Source: Candidatus Poriferisodalis sp. (GTDB lineage: Bacteria > Actinomycetota > Acidimicrobiia > Acidimicrobiales > Poriferisodalaceae). Taken from it: a stretch of 64,000 bases of DNA. A model generated the notes under the pieces. That model did no database searches and had not been told where the DNA came from. It saw nothing but the letters and a program-made list of their open reading frames with translations. The position numbers and the translations under genes are program-made. Of the stretch, positions 52,672 to 61,910 are shown piece after piece. Position 1 is the first letter of the stretch. The number at the start of each line of letters is the position of its first letter. The stretch lies in NCBI RefSeq assembly GCF_965204195.1, contig NZ_OZ241975.1:1401184-1465183 (forward strand), written 5' to 3'.

Positions 52672-53868
52672 CTAGCGCTCCGCCCGAGCGCGTGCGCCGC
52701 GACCGTCCCTGCGAACCGAGACGAGCTTGTCGGCGCGCAACTGGCCGCACGCGGCGTCGATCGACGTGCCGCGGTTCTGGCGCACGGTGGCGTTCACGCC
52801 AAGGGACGACAGCTCGGCTGCGAAATGCTCGATCCGCCCGGCCGGCGAGGGCTGGTGGCCGTATCCCGGTGTGGGATTCAGCGGAATGAGGTTGACGTGG
52901 GCCGCCAGCGGACGCGCATACGCAGCAAGCTCGGCAGCGTCGCGGTCGGTGTCGTTGATGCCGTCGATCATCGCCCACTCGAGGCTGATGCGCCGTCGCT
53001 TGGCGCGGCGATAGTCGGCCAGCGAGCGCGCCAGGTCGCGCAGCGGGTACGTGCGATTGATGGGCGCAATCCGGTTGCGCAGTCGGTCGTTGGCGGCATG
53101 CAGCGACACTGCCAGGTTGACCGGCAGCGCCTCCGCTGCAAGGCGCGTGATGCCGGGAATGACTCCGACGGTCGACACCGTGATGTGCCTGGCACCGATG
53201 CCCATGTCGCCGTGGAACCGCTCCACCGCTGCCCACACCGCGTCATAGTTGGCGAGCGGCTCGCCCATGCCCATGAACACGATATTGATGGCTCTGCCGG
53301 GGGCGGCTTCGCTGTTGATGGCTCGGCCGGGGGCGGCTTCGATGTTGATGGCTCGGCCGGGGGCGGCTTCGATGTTGATGGCTCGGCCGGGGGCGGCTTC
53401 GCTGTCGATGGCTCGTTCGTCTGGGCCTGCCTCCTGCAGCGTGCTCAGCACTTGCTCGACGATCTCGCCCACGCTCAGGTTGCGGTCGAATCCCACTTGG
53501 CCGGTGGCGCAGAAACTGCACGCCATCGCGCAGCCGGCCTGGCTGCTGATGCACAGCGTCGTCCGGTTCCGGTAGCGCATCAACACCGACTCCACCAGGT
53601 GACCATCACGCAGCGACCACAAGTGCTTCGTGGTGGTGCCCCGGTCTGCGGACTGGGTGCGGACGAGCGCCAGCGCAGGCGGCAGCAGCTCGCCGATGGC
53701 CTGTCGCAGGCTCTTGGGCACATTGGTGAGCTCAGACAGCGGACGGCGCTGGCGGTACAGGCCGTTCCACACCTGGTCCAGCCGGTATGTGGGCTCGCCG
53801 TCGAGCAGTTCCCCGAGTTCCGCCCGGCTCAGATCGCCGAGCGAAGGATCGGCGCCGGGGGCTGTCAC
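52672..53868 (-). CDS. rlmN: 23S rRNA (adenine2503-C2)/tRNA methyltransferase, radical SAM, with in-frame repeat insertion
   Basis: CAMACSFCATG radical-SAM cluster, MGMGEPLAN, C-terminal catalytic Cys region. Full-length RlmN similarity. Confidence 0.9.
   Translation of the reverse strand: MTAPGADPSLGDLSRAELGELLDGEPTYRLDQVWNGLYRQRRPLSELTNVPKSLRQAIGELLPPALALVRTQSADRGTTTKHLWSLRDGHLVESVLMRYRNRTTLCISSQAGCAMACSFCATGQVGFDRNLSVGEIVEQVLSTLQEAGPDERAIDSEAAPGRAINIEAAPGRAINIEAAPGRAINSEAAPGRAINIVFMGMGEPLANYDAVWAAVERFHGDMGIGARHITVSTVGVIPGITRLAAEALPVNLAVSLHAANDRLRNRIAPINRTYPLRDLARSLADYRRAKRRRISLEWAMIDGINDTDRDAAELAAYARPLAAHVNLIPLNPTPGYGHQPSPAGRIEHFAAELSSLGVNATVRQNRGTSIDAACGQLRADKLVSVRRDGRGARARAER
53285..53417. 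repeat. 30-bp in-frame tandem repeat, 4.4 copies, inside rlmN (encodes EAAPGRAIN[IS] units)
   Basis: Units 53285..53314, 53315..53344, 53345..53374 and 53375..53404, plus a partial unit. Units differ at 1-2 positions. Confidence 0.9.
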
Positions 53869-53882
53869 GGCCGCTCAGCCTG

Positions 53883-54758
53883 CTACGAGTTCAGCGGGCC
53901 GGTGCCGGTGAACAGACGCCGCACCACGGCCACCTCGAGGCCGAGGTCGAGGTAGAGCGTGACGGCGGGCGTGTTGTCGGCGTCGACGTACAGCATCGCC
54001 CGTGTCAGACCTGCATCGGTGAGATGCTCATAGCCGGCCAGCGTGAGAGCCCGGCCCAGGCCGCGGCCGTGATACTGCGGGTCGACCGCGATGACGTACA
54101 CCTCGCCGATCGGCGGGTCCTCATCGGCGTGCACCTTGGTCCAGCAGTAGGCGGCGATATCGCCGTCGATGTCGTACACCCGGAAGCCGTCGGCGTCGAA
54201 CCATGGCTCCGCCTGGCGCTCGGCTACCTGTTCCAGCGTCCAGCCGCCCTGCTCGCGGTGCCACGAGAATGCCCGGTTGTTGACCTTCACCCACGCCTGC
54301 TCGTCCTGGCCGACCACGAACGAACGGGTGTCGATGCCGCTGGGCTGATCCATCGGCAGCGATCGCTCCATGCGGTAGAGGTCGCGCTCGAACGTCAGGC
54401 CGAGCTCGGCGAGCCCTCGCCCGAACTCGGTCTCGTTCGGCGCAAGGTCGCCTCCGTCTGTTTCGCCGTGGTCCGGGTGGTCGATCCAGACCGACACGGG
54501 CCCAGAGATGTCGCGGAGTTGCAGGCGCAGTGCCGCGAGCAGCGCGCCCGGCGGCCAATGTGCGGCATTGGCCTCCACCACGGCGCCGTGCTGATCGGCA
54601 CCGATCGAAATGATCGGGTCGGCACTCGCTGCACCACTCACTCGGGGCAGGCTAATGCTGCTTGGCTGCACCCCTGTCGAGTGGCCTGCCCTCGCGCGGA
54701 TGGGATCGTGCAGGCCCAGGTGCCACACTTGCCCGGTGAACCAGATGCGGTGGCTCAA
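53883..54758 (-). CDS. mshD: Mycothiol synthase (MshD-like double GNAT acetyltransferase)
   Basis: VNNRAFSWHREQGGWT...EPWFDADG...WTKVH...GEVYVIAVDPQYHGRGLG matches MshD. The true start is probably internal (GTG 54671 or 54641) because the maximal ORF overlaps the divergent gene start. Confidence 0.7.
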   Translation of the reverse strand: MSHRIWFTGQVWHLGLHDPIRARAGHSTGVQPSSISLPRVSGAASADPIISIGADQHGAVVEANAAHWPPGALLAALRLQLRDISGPVSVWIDHPDHGETDGGDLAPNETEFGRGLAELGLTFERDLYRMERSLPMDQPSGIDTRSFVVGQDEQAWVKVNNRAFSWHREQGGWTLEQVAERQAEPWFDADGFRVYDIDGDIAAYCWTKVHADEDPPIGEVYVIAVDPQYHGRGLGRALTLAGYEHLTDAGLTRAMLYVDADNTPAVTLYLDLGLEVAVVRRLFTGTGPLNS

Positions 54759-55182
54759 CCGCAGCCAGCCACAAACGCTGCTCAGCGCAGTGCTGCTCTG
54801 CTACTTCTCCGCGGGGCTGCTGTTCCTGTTCGGAACCCGCGTCGACTCGCAACTGGCGTACGACATCTTCAAGGGCATCGTCTCGCTGTTTGCCAGCGAC
54901 CGCACAGCAGCCGATCTCGGCGACAGCATTGTTCCGCCGGCTGTCACCGTTCTGCTCGCCGGCGGGTACATCGCAGGCGGCGCCGGCACTGCCAATGAGC
55001 GTCGTTGGGGTCATTGGCTGTGCTCCACGGCCGCGATCTACGCGGCCATAGCGACGCTGTGGTGGGGTGCCCGCGTGAGCTTCGGGCTGGGCATGATCAT
55101 GCGTCTCATGTTCGACGCACTGCTGCTGGTGCTGCTGTTTCACCCGATGAGCCGCAGCCACCGCCGCGCCTGGTTCACGTGA
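54754..55182 (+). CDS. Hypothetical integral membrane protein
   Basis: From ATG 54754. Four predicted hydrophobic helices. The stop overlaps the menG GTG (GTGA). Confidence 0.5.
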   Translation, partial: LNRSQPQTLLSAVLLCYFSAGLLFLFGTRVDSQLAYDIFKGIVSLFASDRTAADLGDSIVPPAVTVLLAGGYIAGGAGTANERRWGHWLCSTAAIYAAIATLWWGARVSFGLGMIMRLMFDALLLVLLFHPMSRSHRRAWFT

Positions 55183-55865
55183 CTCGGCTGCCCAGCCCCG
55201 AGAACAAAGCCCAAGCCGTCGAGGAGATGTTCGACGAGATCGCACCTCGCTACGACCTGCTGAACCGGTTGCTGACCTTCCGCCTCGATACTCGCTGGCG
55301 TCGCCGCACGGTTGCCGCACTCGGCTTGCAGCCGGGCGAAACCGTGATCGACGTGGCCTGCGGAACCGGCGACCTGTGCAATGAGCTCGCATCGGCCGGA
55401 CTGCGGCCCGTGGGCGTCGACTTCTCCGCGGGAATGCTCGCGGCCGCCAGCACGGCTGCTCCCCTGCTGCGCTCCGATGCGCTCAGGCTCGGCGTGCGCG
55501 ACGCGTCGCTCGACGGCGCGACGTGCGGATTCGCACTGCGGAACTTCACGAGCCTCGATCCATTCTTCGCTGAGCTGGCCCGGGTGCTCCGGCCCGGTGC
55601 CCGGGTGGCACTGCTCGAGGTGGCCGAGCCGGCCAATCCGCTGCTGCGGGCCGGTCACCGGGTGTACTTCGGCAAGGTGGTGCCGGCGGTGGGCAGCCTG
55701 CTCTCCAGCCGATCTGCCTACCGGTACCTGCCCGAGTCGGTGGCGTACCTGCCGGAGGTGCCGGTGCTGCTGACCCAGCTCGCCGACGCCGGATTCCGCG
55801 ACGTCGACCGGACGCTGCTCAGCGGCGGTATCGCCCAACTGATCACGGCCACGCGAGCGGGTTAA
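55179..55865 (+). CDS. menG: Demethylmenaquinone methyltransferase (UbiE/MenG)
   Basis: From GTG 55179. VEEMFDEIAPRYDLLN and SAM motif VIDVACGTGD. Confidence 0.85.
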   Translation: MTRLPSPENKAQAVEEMFDEIAPRYDLLNRLLTFRLDTRWRRRTVAALGLQPGETVIDVACGTGDLCNELASAGLRPVGVDFSAGMLAAASTAAPLLRSDALRLGVRDASLDGATCGFALRNFTSLDPFFAELARVLRPGARVALLEVAEPANPLLRAGHRVYFGKVVPAVGSLLSSRSAYRYLPESVAYLPEVPVLLTQLADAGFRDVDRTLLSGGIAQLITATRAG

Positions 55866-55936
55866 TCGCAGGGCACGTCGCGACAACAAAGACAGTCGGC
55901 GTGGTGACGGCTTCGGCTGGGCAGGCGTCGGGTGGG

Positions 55937-57340
55937 GGGCCTGTCAGGAATTTTGTGTATCGGGCGTGATCTGAGGGTCCGCAGCCGGGGGCTGTGGGCT
56001 GGAGAGGATCATGTCTGTGACTGATCATGACATGCCGGCTGTGCCGGCGAGCGAGGCTGCCGGCGAGGCGGCGATGGCCGACTGGGCCGAGCAGCTGGTG
56101 GCCCAGGCCCGCGCTGAGGGCGTGGAGCTGACCGGTGACGGTGGCCTGTTGACCGGGCTGGTGCGCCAGGTGCTCCAGACCGGTCTCGAGGTCGAGATGA
56201 CCGAGCATCTGGGCTATGAGCGTCACGCTCCTGAGGGCCGCGGCACCCCGAACTCGCGCAACGGGTCGACGCCCAAGCGGGTGACGACCGAGATCGGCGA
56301 GGTCGACCTGGCGGTGCCGCGTGACCGGGCGGGCACCTTCGAGCCGACCACGGTGCCCAAGCACCGGCGCCGTCTCGACGGGCTGTCGGGCAACGTGATC
56401 AGCCTCTATGCGAAGGGGCTCACCACCGGGGAGATCCAGGACCATCTAGCAGAGATCTACGACACCTCGGTGAGCCGGGAGACGATCTCGAAGATCACCG
56501 ACGAGATCGTCGCCGACATGGCGGTGTGGCAGAACCGGCCCCTTGAGCCGGTCTACGCCGTGCTGCTGATCGACGCGATCGTCATCAAGGTCCGCGACTC
56601 CCAGGTCGCCAACCGGCCCGTCTATGTCGCCATCGGCGTCGATCTCGCCGGCGAGCGCGACGTGCTGGGCCTGTGGCTGGGCCCCGCAGGCGGCGAGGGC
56701 GCCAAGCAGTGGGCAGCGATGCTGACCGAGCTGAGAAACCGAGGCCTCGCTGACGCGTTGATCGTGTGCTGCGACGGGCTGCGGGGCCTGCCCGAGTCGA
56801 TCCGGGCGACCTGGCCCCAGGCCACGGTGCAGACCTGCGTGGTGCACATGGTCCGCAACAGCCTCCGCTACGCCTCCAAACGGCACTGGGGGCCGATCAC
56901 CAAGGCAATGCGGGAGATCTACACGTCGCCCACCGCCGAGGCCGCCGAGGCACGCTTCGAGAGCTTCGCCGAGGACTGGGAGCACACCTACCCCGCCATG
57001 ATCGGCTCCTGGCGGCAGGCCTGGGACGAATTCGTGCCGTTCCTGGAGTTCCCCGCTGAGCTGCGCAGAGTCGTCTACACCACCAACGCCATCGAGAGCC
57101 TCAACGCCAGATTCCGACGGGCCGTGCGCCATCGAGGCCACTTCCCCAACGAGCAGGCCGCGATGAAGGTCCTCTACCTTGTCGCCAACGCCAGACGCAA
57201 AAACCGCAGCAACCTGACCGGAAAGACCAACGGCTGGAAGACCATCCTGAACACCCTGACCGTCCACTACGGCGACCGGATCGCCGACCACATCCGATGA
57301 ACACCATCACGGCCGGTTACACAAAAAATCTGACAGTCCC
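55937..57340 (+). mobile_element. IS256-family insertion sequence, copy 2 (1404 bp)
   Basis: Same ends and same encoded transposase as copy 1. Flanking 8-mers (CGGGTGGG / CTGCACCG) do not match, so there is no target-site duplication. Confidence 0.9.
56011..57300 (+). CDS. IS256-family (mutator-type) transposase
   Basis: 429-aa ORF identical to 39763..41052. Confidence 0.95.
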   Translation: MSVTDHDMPAVPASEAAGEAAMADWAEQLVAQARAEGVELTGDGGLLTGLVRQVLQTGLEVEMTEHLGYERHAPEGRGTPNSRNGSTPKRVTTEIGEVDLAVPRDRAGTFEPTTVPKHRRRLDGLSGNVISLYAKGLTTGEIQDHLAEIYDTSVSRETISKITDEIVADMAVWQNRPLEPVYAVLLIDAIVIKVRDSQVANRPVYVAIGVDLAGERDVLGLWLGPAGGEGAKQWAAMLTELRNRGLADALIVCCDGLRGLPESIRATWPQATVQTCVVHMVRNSLRYASKRHWGPITKAMREIYTSPTAEAAEARFESFAEDWEHTYPAMIGSWRQAWDEFVPFLEFPAELRRVVYTTNAIESLNARFRRAVRHRGHFPNEQAAMKVLYLVANARRKNRSNLTGKTNGWKTILNTLTVHYGDRIADHIR

Positions 57341-60300
57341 CTGCACCGCGGACGGGCGCGCCGACGGAACCGAAGAAGTCGATCTGGCCGTGGTGGTGCC
57401 GCGGGTGACCTCGGTGACGGTCACCGCGACCTCGGGCGGGTCGTGTGCCGTGTCGTCGTCGCCGCTGCCTGCGGGCGCGGACGCGGCGTACGGGTGCACG
57501 GCGACGCGCGGCGCCGATCTGGTGGTGTCGGTCGCGGCGGACGCAAACGTCAACGGGCCGTCGCTGGGATGGGACGCCAGCGGCGCGGTGCGCGTTGTGC
57601 ACAGCGCACAAGCCCGGCGTACTGTTCCGCTGATCGCGCCGGGAGGATCGCTGAACGGCTGGCGGCGCACCGGCACCGCGACGCTGAGCTGCACCGCCGG
57701 CGGCGCTGCGACGGTCACGACAGCCCTGCCGGGCGCGGCCGACTATGTGACCCGTCTCGATGTCGCCTGCGGGCAGCAGGTGCGCATCGGCGGTCTCGAC
57801 GACACGGTTGCTGCGGGCACTGCGACGGTGGCCGTGTCGGACACGTTCGCGGTCACGCCCGCCGCCGCGCAGTGCACCGCGACAGCCACCGCGGGCACGC
57901 CGGTCGTGTCGGCTGGTGTGGGCGGGGTGCGCGCTGTGCAGTTGAGTGTCGGTGTGGGGGCGTCTGCTGTGGTGACGGTCACGTGCACCCACAGCGGCCA
58001 CGACCCCGCCACGGCGACAGCGACGTTCGCGGCCGCCGCAGCAGGCGGCTGCGGGGATCCGCTGGGAACGCTGAGCGTCGGCAGCGTGACGCGCAGCGGC
58101 ACGATCGCCGCCGATACGGCGTGCACCTCGCCTCAGCGTGTGCGCGACGGCGGCGACGCCAAGCGGTACTGGGCGCGCCGTCACACCTTCACGCTGGCCG
58201 CCCCGACGAAGATCACCATCGACGCCGGCTCGCCGACACGACGCGGCCTCGACGCCTATGTGGTGCTGCTGGAAGGCCACAGCAGCGACGGCACCGGCAC
58301 CGTGGCAGGCCGCGACAACAACTCAGGGCCCCGCCGCGACGCCCGCCTGGCCGCACTGGTGCTGCCCGCAGGCGACTACACCATCGAGGTCACCACCGCC
58401 AACAAACGCCGCACCGGCAACTACCGGCTCCAGGTCACCACAGCGGCCGCGTCCGCGGCATGCACCGACGACCTAGGCACGCTGGCCGCGGGCCGCTACA
58501 CACGCACCGGCACCATCACCGACACCTGCGTGTCCACACGCCGCGGCACCCCCACAGGCCGACCCGGGGCGCGCTGGCACACCTTCACCCTCGACGCCCC
58601 CGCCTGGGTCGACATCGACCTCGCCAAAACAACCGGCAGCCCCCTGGACCCCTACCTGGCGCTCATCGGCACCGACAACGGCACACCCACCACCATCGAA
58701 CAAGACGACAACAGCGGCACCGGCAACACAGCACACATACAAGGCCGGTATCTCGAAGCCGGCACCTACACCATCGAAACCACCGGCACAGCTGCGACCG
58801 GCACCACCGCCGCCGGCGACTACACCCTCACCGTCACCGTGCCCATCCACGGCCTCGCCCAGTCATACGACGCCACCGTCGACGAGCAAACCACCATCAA
58901 CTTCACCTACTGGCCCACCAACGCAAGAATCGACGCACAGTCGGCGGAACTACTGACAGAACCAGCGGGACGAAATGGAAAGGGATCGGTCACCGCTACG
59001 CCGACGGTCGTGAAACAGCACTCGGTCTCGGTGTTGTTGACCACCAGTTCGGCTGCGAACGGCGAAACTTCTTCTAGGTTTTATCAGCGCAGTTCCTCGC
59101 CTTCGGCGACGTCCACCAGGGTGTTCCCTTCAGGACTTGGCGCTGGCTGTCCGGATGGCAAAGTACTGAGTGAGGTCAATGGGATCCTGTGCGTGAATCC
59201 TAGGACTCAACCGCTGCCAGCGAAGCTTCATGAGGTGGTGCCCGATCCAAGCAGCGGTGTCAAATACCGGGGTCCGTACCTAGTGACGCCGGGTGCCCTT
59301 AGAGGTATCAGCCACGCATCTGCGCGGGCGCTCAATCCGTACGGCACGACTTGCGGCATCACCGTACATGAGCTGACGGCGCTTCTTTTGGGTATCGGAT
59401 TCCGGGAAATACCCAACAAGGTCTGGGTTGACACGAATGAGAACGGCGATGACGACGGCCCGGTCGACGACAACGGCAAGGAGTTCGAACGTGAGAACGC
59501 CCGTTACGACGCGAGATCGCTGATGACGCTGTCGCGCAAAGACCACAAATGGACGCCTGTCGGCGCAGGTGAAGACAATTCGCGGCTGTACTCGAACGAC
59601 TCGCTTACCGATGGCCCATCGCGGGCGTTCTGGCACCCCGGTGTGGGAATGTGGCAGATCGATAAGTTCAGTTCGACAGACCTGAATCACGGCCAGCGGG
59701 CATCCACTCGGTTCGGGGCTCTCCGGGTCGCCCAAGTGTTACTCAACGCGTATTGCGGGCCGTCATCAGCGCCGCTCCCGGAGCCTTCGCTCAAGGAGTT
59801 GACCAATCTGATGTCCAAACAGTGGCACGCGTGTAGGCACCTCGGTGAGGAGAACCTCTGCTGGATAACGAAGAAGAACCTGATGCTCCACAACGATGAT
59901 CTGTTCGTGCGGGTCAGCGCCAATGCGGACGATGACAGCACCATCGGCGGTGCCTTAGCCCGGAATTGCAGATGGAATACCCAAGACGGTCGGTCGCCTA
60001 CTGCCCCTCTTGCGTGCTACTTCTACGACACGGCACATCCGGAAGGAGCCGTGCATAACAGCTTGCCATACGGGCATAAGTCCAAAGCGGCCCGTGAGGA
60101 CTGGATGGACAAGAGCAGTCCGTATGCGGCACCGTTTGTTTCTCTGAATTACCAAAAGGGTAGGTTTGCCGTTTTTCCGAAGTCGTTGCTGCCGGGTTCA
60201 ACCAAAACGCTGATCAAGCGGGTTCCCCTGAACCCTCGTCCTGGCAGAGATGCTACGACGGAGAAGATGTTCCAAGTTCGCCGAATAACGCACACGACAT

Positions 60301-60464
60301 GGCACGAGAACGATCATTTCGACGGGCTCCAACTGGAGATGCTGATCTGTATCCGTCGTGCGCGTTCCTATTTCCCGTTGTGCGATTGGGTCAGTGTCAA
60401 TGCCGACTCAGGATCGGTGGGTGGCAGTTTTGGCACACGTATCGCTCCCCAAAGAGGCCGCTGA
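57341..60464 (+). CDS. Large PPC-domain protein A, 5'-truncated by IS copy 2: Ig-like Thr/Ala-rich region, two pre-peptidase C-terminal (PPC) domains, unassigned ~440-aa C-terminal domain
   Basis: Track ORF 57297..60464 starts at an IS-borne ATG. PPC pattern HTFTL..ITID..LDAYVVLL..DN..LPAGDYTIEVT..GNYRLQV occurs twice. The C-terminal domain is shared with 38351..39722. Confidence 0.75.
57894..58945. repeat. Dispersed repeat copy 1 (PPC-domain region), paired with 61911..62962
   Basis: Offset 4017 nt. No differences seen from 57894 to 58670 (first mismatch 58671 A vs 62688 G). Increasingly diverged after about 58785. Confidence 0.85.
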
Positions 60465-60473
60465 GGCTGCCAC

Positions 60474-61811
60474 ATGTTCTTTCGTCGGCGTTCCTTCCTG
60501 TCCGTCGTTGCCGCGGCCACGGTCGTGGCGGGCGGGCTGTGCTTATGGTTTGTCGTGCCTCGTGCTAAGACGGTCGAGACGCCAGATTCAGCTCCCATCA
60601 AGACTGATCTGCCCTCAATGATCTTCGATGACCGAAGTCGGTGGCGGCTGACGCCAAGTACCGGTTCGCTTGCACCGGGAGAAATCGACGGCACGAGAGC
60701 AGGGATCGCATGGACAGACGCTACCGGGCCCCTCAGGGCAACGACCTTCACGGTGCTCAGCGAGGCCATCGGCGAGATCCTCGACCTGTGCGTCACGGAA
60801 GATGCCGTTGCGGCCTTCTCGGGTGCCCGCGATATGCCTGCGGAGTCCGACATCGTCCAAGTCGTCACAGAGACTCAATACGCCTTGGGCTGCCGTGGCT
60901 CTGGCCCGGTCGTGATGAAGGGCCGCTACGCATATGTCCCGCCGTTCGGCGGGGAGCTTCAGTTCTTCGAGAGTCGGCACCAGGCCGTCATCTATGGCGA
61001 GGATCTTCAACGCCGCCTAGGCGTCGGTTGGCACGAGAATCCGTCGATTGGCTCGCCGTTGGGGTTCCACAGCGGAACCATGGGAACGGCAAGCTACGGC
61101 ACCGGCGTAACGGCGGGTGCAGAAGATCTGCGCGTTATCCCCGGATCGGTGAGCGCCAACGCAGGAGTCTTGCGTGGCTTAGTCCGCAACCGGTCGGCAA
61201 CCCACTTCGCGTATCGGGTTGAGGTTGCTGTTGGTGACCTAGCGTGGGAGTGGCCGTTGTCGGTGCAACCTGGCGAACTGGCACCTTTCGAGATTCAGGG
61301 GTGGAGATCCGACGAGATTCCACAGATGACAGAACTCGTCGTCTCTGCGGAGATGTCGACTGACGTGGACCTGTCGCGGCAATTCCAGTTCCACGAGATG
61401 TGGCAGCGCGGTGTCATAGCGAGGCAGGATTTCGCGACCTACTTGCCGCGCAGCGTGATCGCCGAGTTCCCAGCCGAGACCGAGGTAGCCACGTTCCTGA
61501 CCGCGAACGATGTAGTCGCCTCATCGCACCCAAGCCTCGCGGAACCAACAAGGAACTTGGAGACGTTTCCGGTAGCGGCATATGTCGCTTGGGTTCGCAG
61601 CGACGGCAGCATCGCTGATATCGACCAGCTCATTCTCTCTGAATACGACGATTTCGTCGATTCGGATGGCCACTCGAGGATACGTCCCTTCGAGGTCCAC
61701 CTCTACTCCAGAGCCGTCCATGCTGGCACCGTCAACCTCGCGTTTGCGGCGGACCCACGCGACCCCTTCCTTGATGGCTACCTGCTGTGGATCGGCGGCA
61801 TCCACGAGTGA
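60474..61811 (+). CDS. Secreted/membrane-anchored protein, uncharacterised family (partner A)
   Basis: N-terminal hydrophobic anchor SFLSVVAAATVVAGGLCLWFVV. Shares the GVLRGLVRNRS..FAYR...WEWPLSVQPGELAPFEIQGW block with 35054..36592 and 36859..38298. Confidence 0.7.
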   Translation: MFFRRRSFLSVVAAATVVAGGLCLWFVVPRAKTVETPDSAPIKTDLPSMIFDDRSRWRLTPSTGSLAPGEIDGTRAGIAWTDATGPLRATTFTVLSEAIGEILDLCVTEDAVAAFSGARDMPAESDIVQVVTETQYALGCRGSGPVVMKGRYAYVPPFGGELQFFESRHQAVIYGEDLQRRLGVGWHENPSIGSPLGFHSGTMGTASYGTGVTAGAEDLRVIPGSVSANAGVLRGLVRNRSATHFAYRVEVAVGDLAWEWPLSVQPGELAPFEIQGWRSDEIPQMTELVVSAEMSTDVDLSRQFQFHEMWQRGVIARQDFATYLPRSVIAEFPAETEVATFLTANDVVASSHPSLAEPTRNLETFPVAAYVAWVRSDGSIADIDQLILSEYDDFVDSDGHSRIRPFEVHLYSRAVHAGTVNLAFAADPRDPFLDGYLLWIGGIHE

Positions 61812-61910
61812 GTCTGTGGTAGGTCGATGGGCAGTCTGCACTTGCGTCGGCAGATCGACGCTGTCGTACAGCACCGGGCTGGCGTGGCCGCGCTGAGCCG
61901 CACCGGAGGC

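Noticed and set aside
53285-53417. Possible CRISPR array (30-bp repeats), also considered for 21422..21500
   Set aside because: The units are directly contiguous with no spacers. One array is in frame inside rlmN and the other is only 2.6 units long. No cas genes are present in the window.
51982-53955. 657-aa plus-strand ORF spanning nth and rlmN (and similar long ORFs 6431..7813, 14249..16012, 29822..31180, 42771..44120)
   Set aside because: All are antisense or alternative-frame shadows of genes with clear family signatures. They have skewed Arg/Gly/Ala/His composition and no recognisable motifs.
57443-59077. 544-aa Arg/His-rich ORF (and its twin 62000..63055)
   Set aside because: It is an alternative frame of the large PPC-domain protein genes. 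The extreme Arg/His/Pro content marks it as a frame artefact of Thr/Ala/Gly-rich coding sequence.
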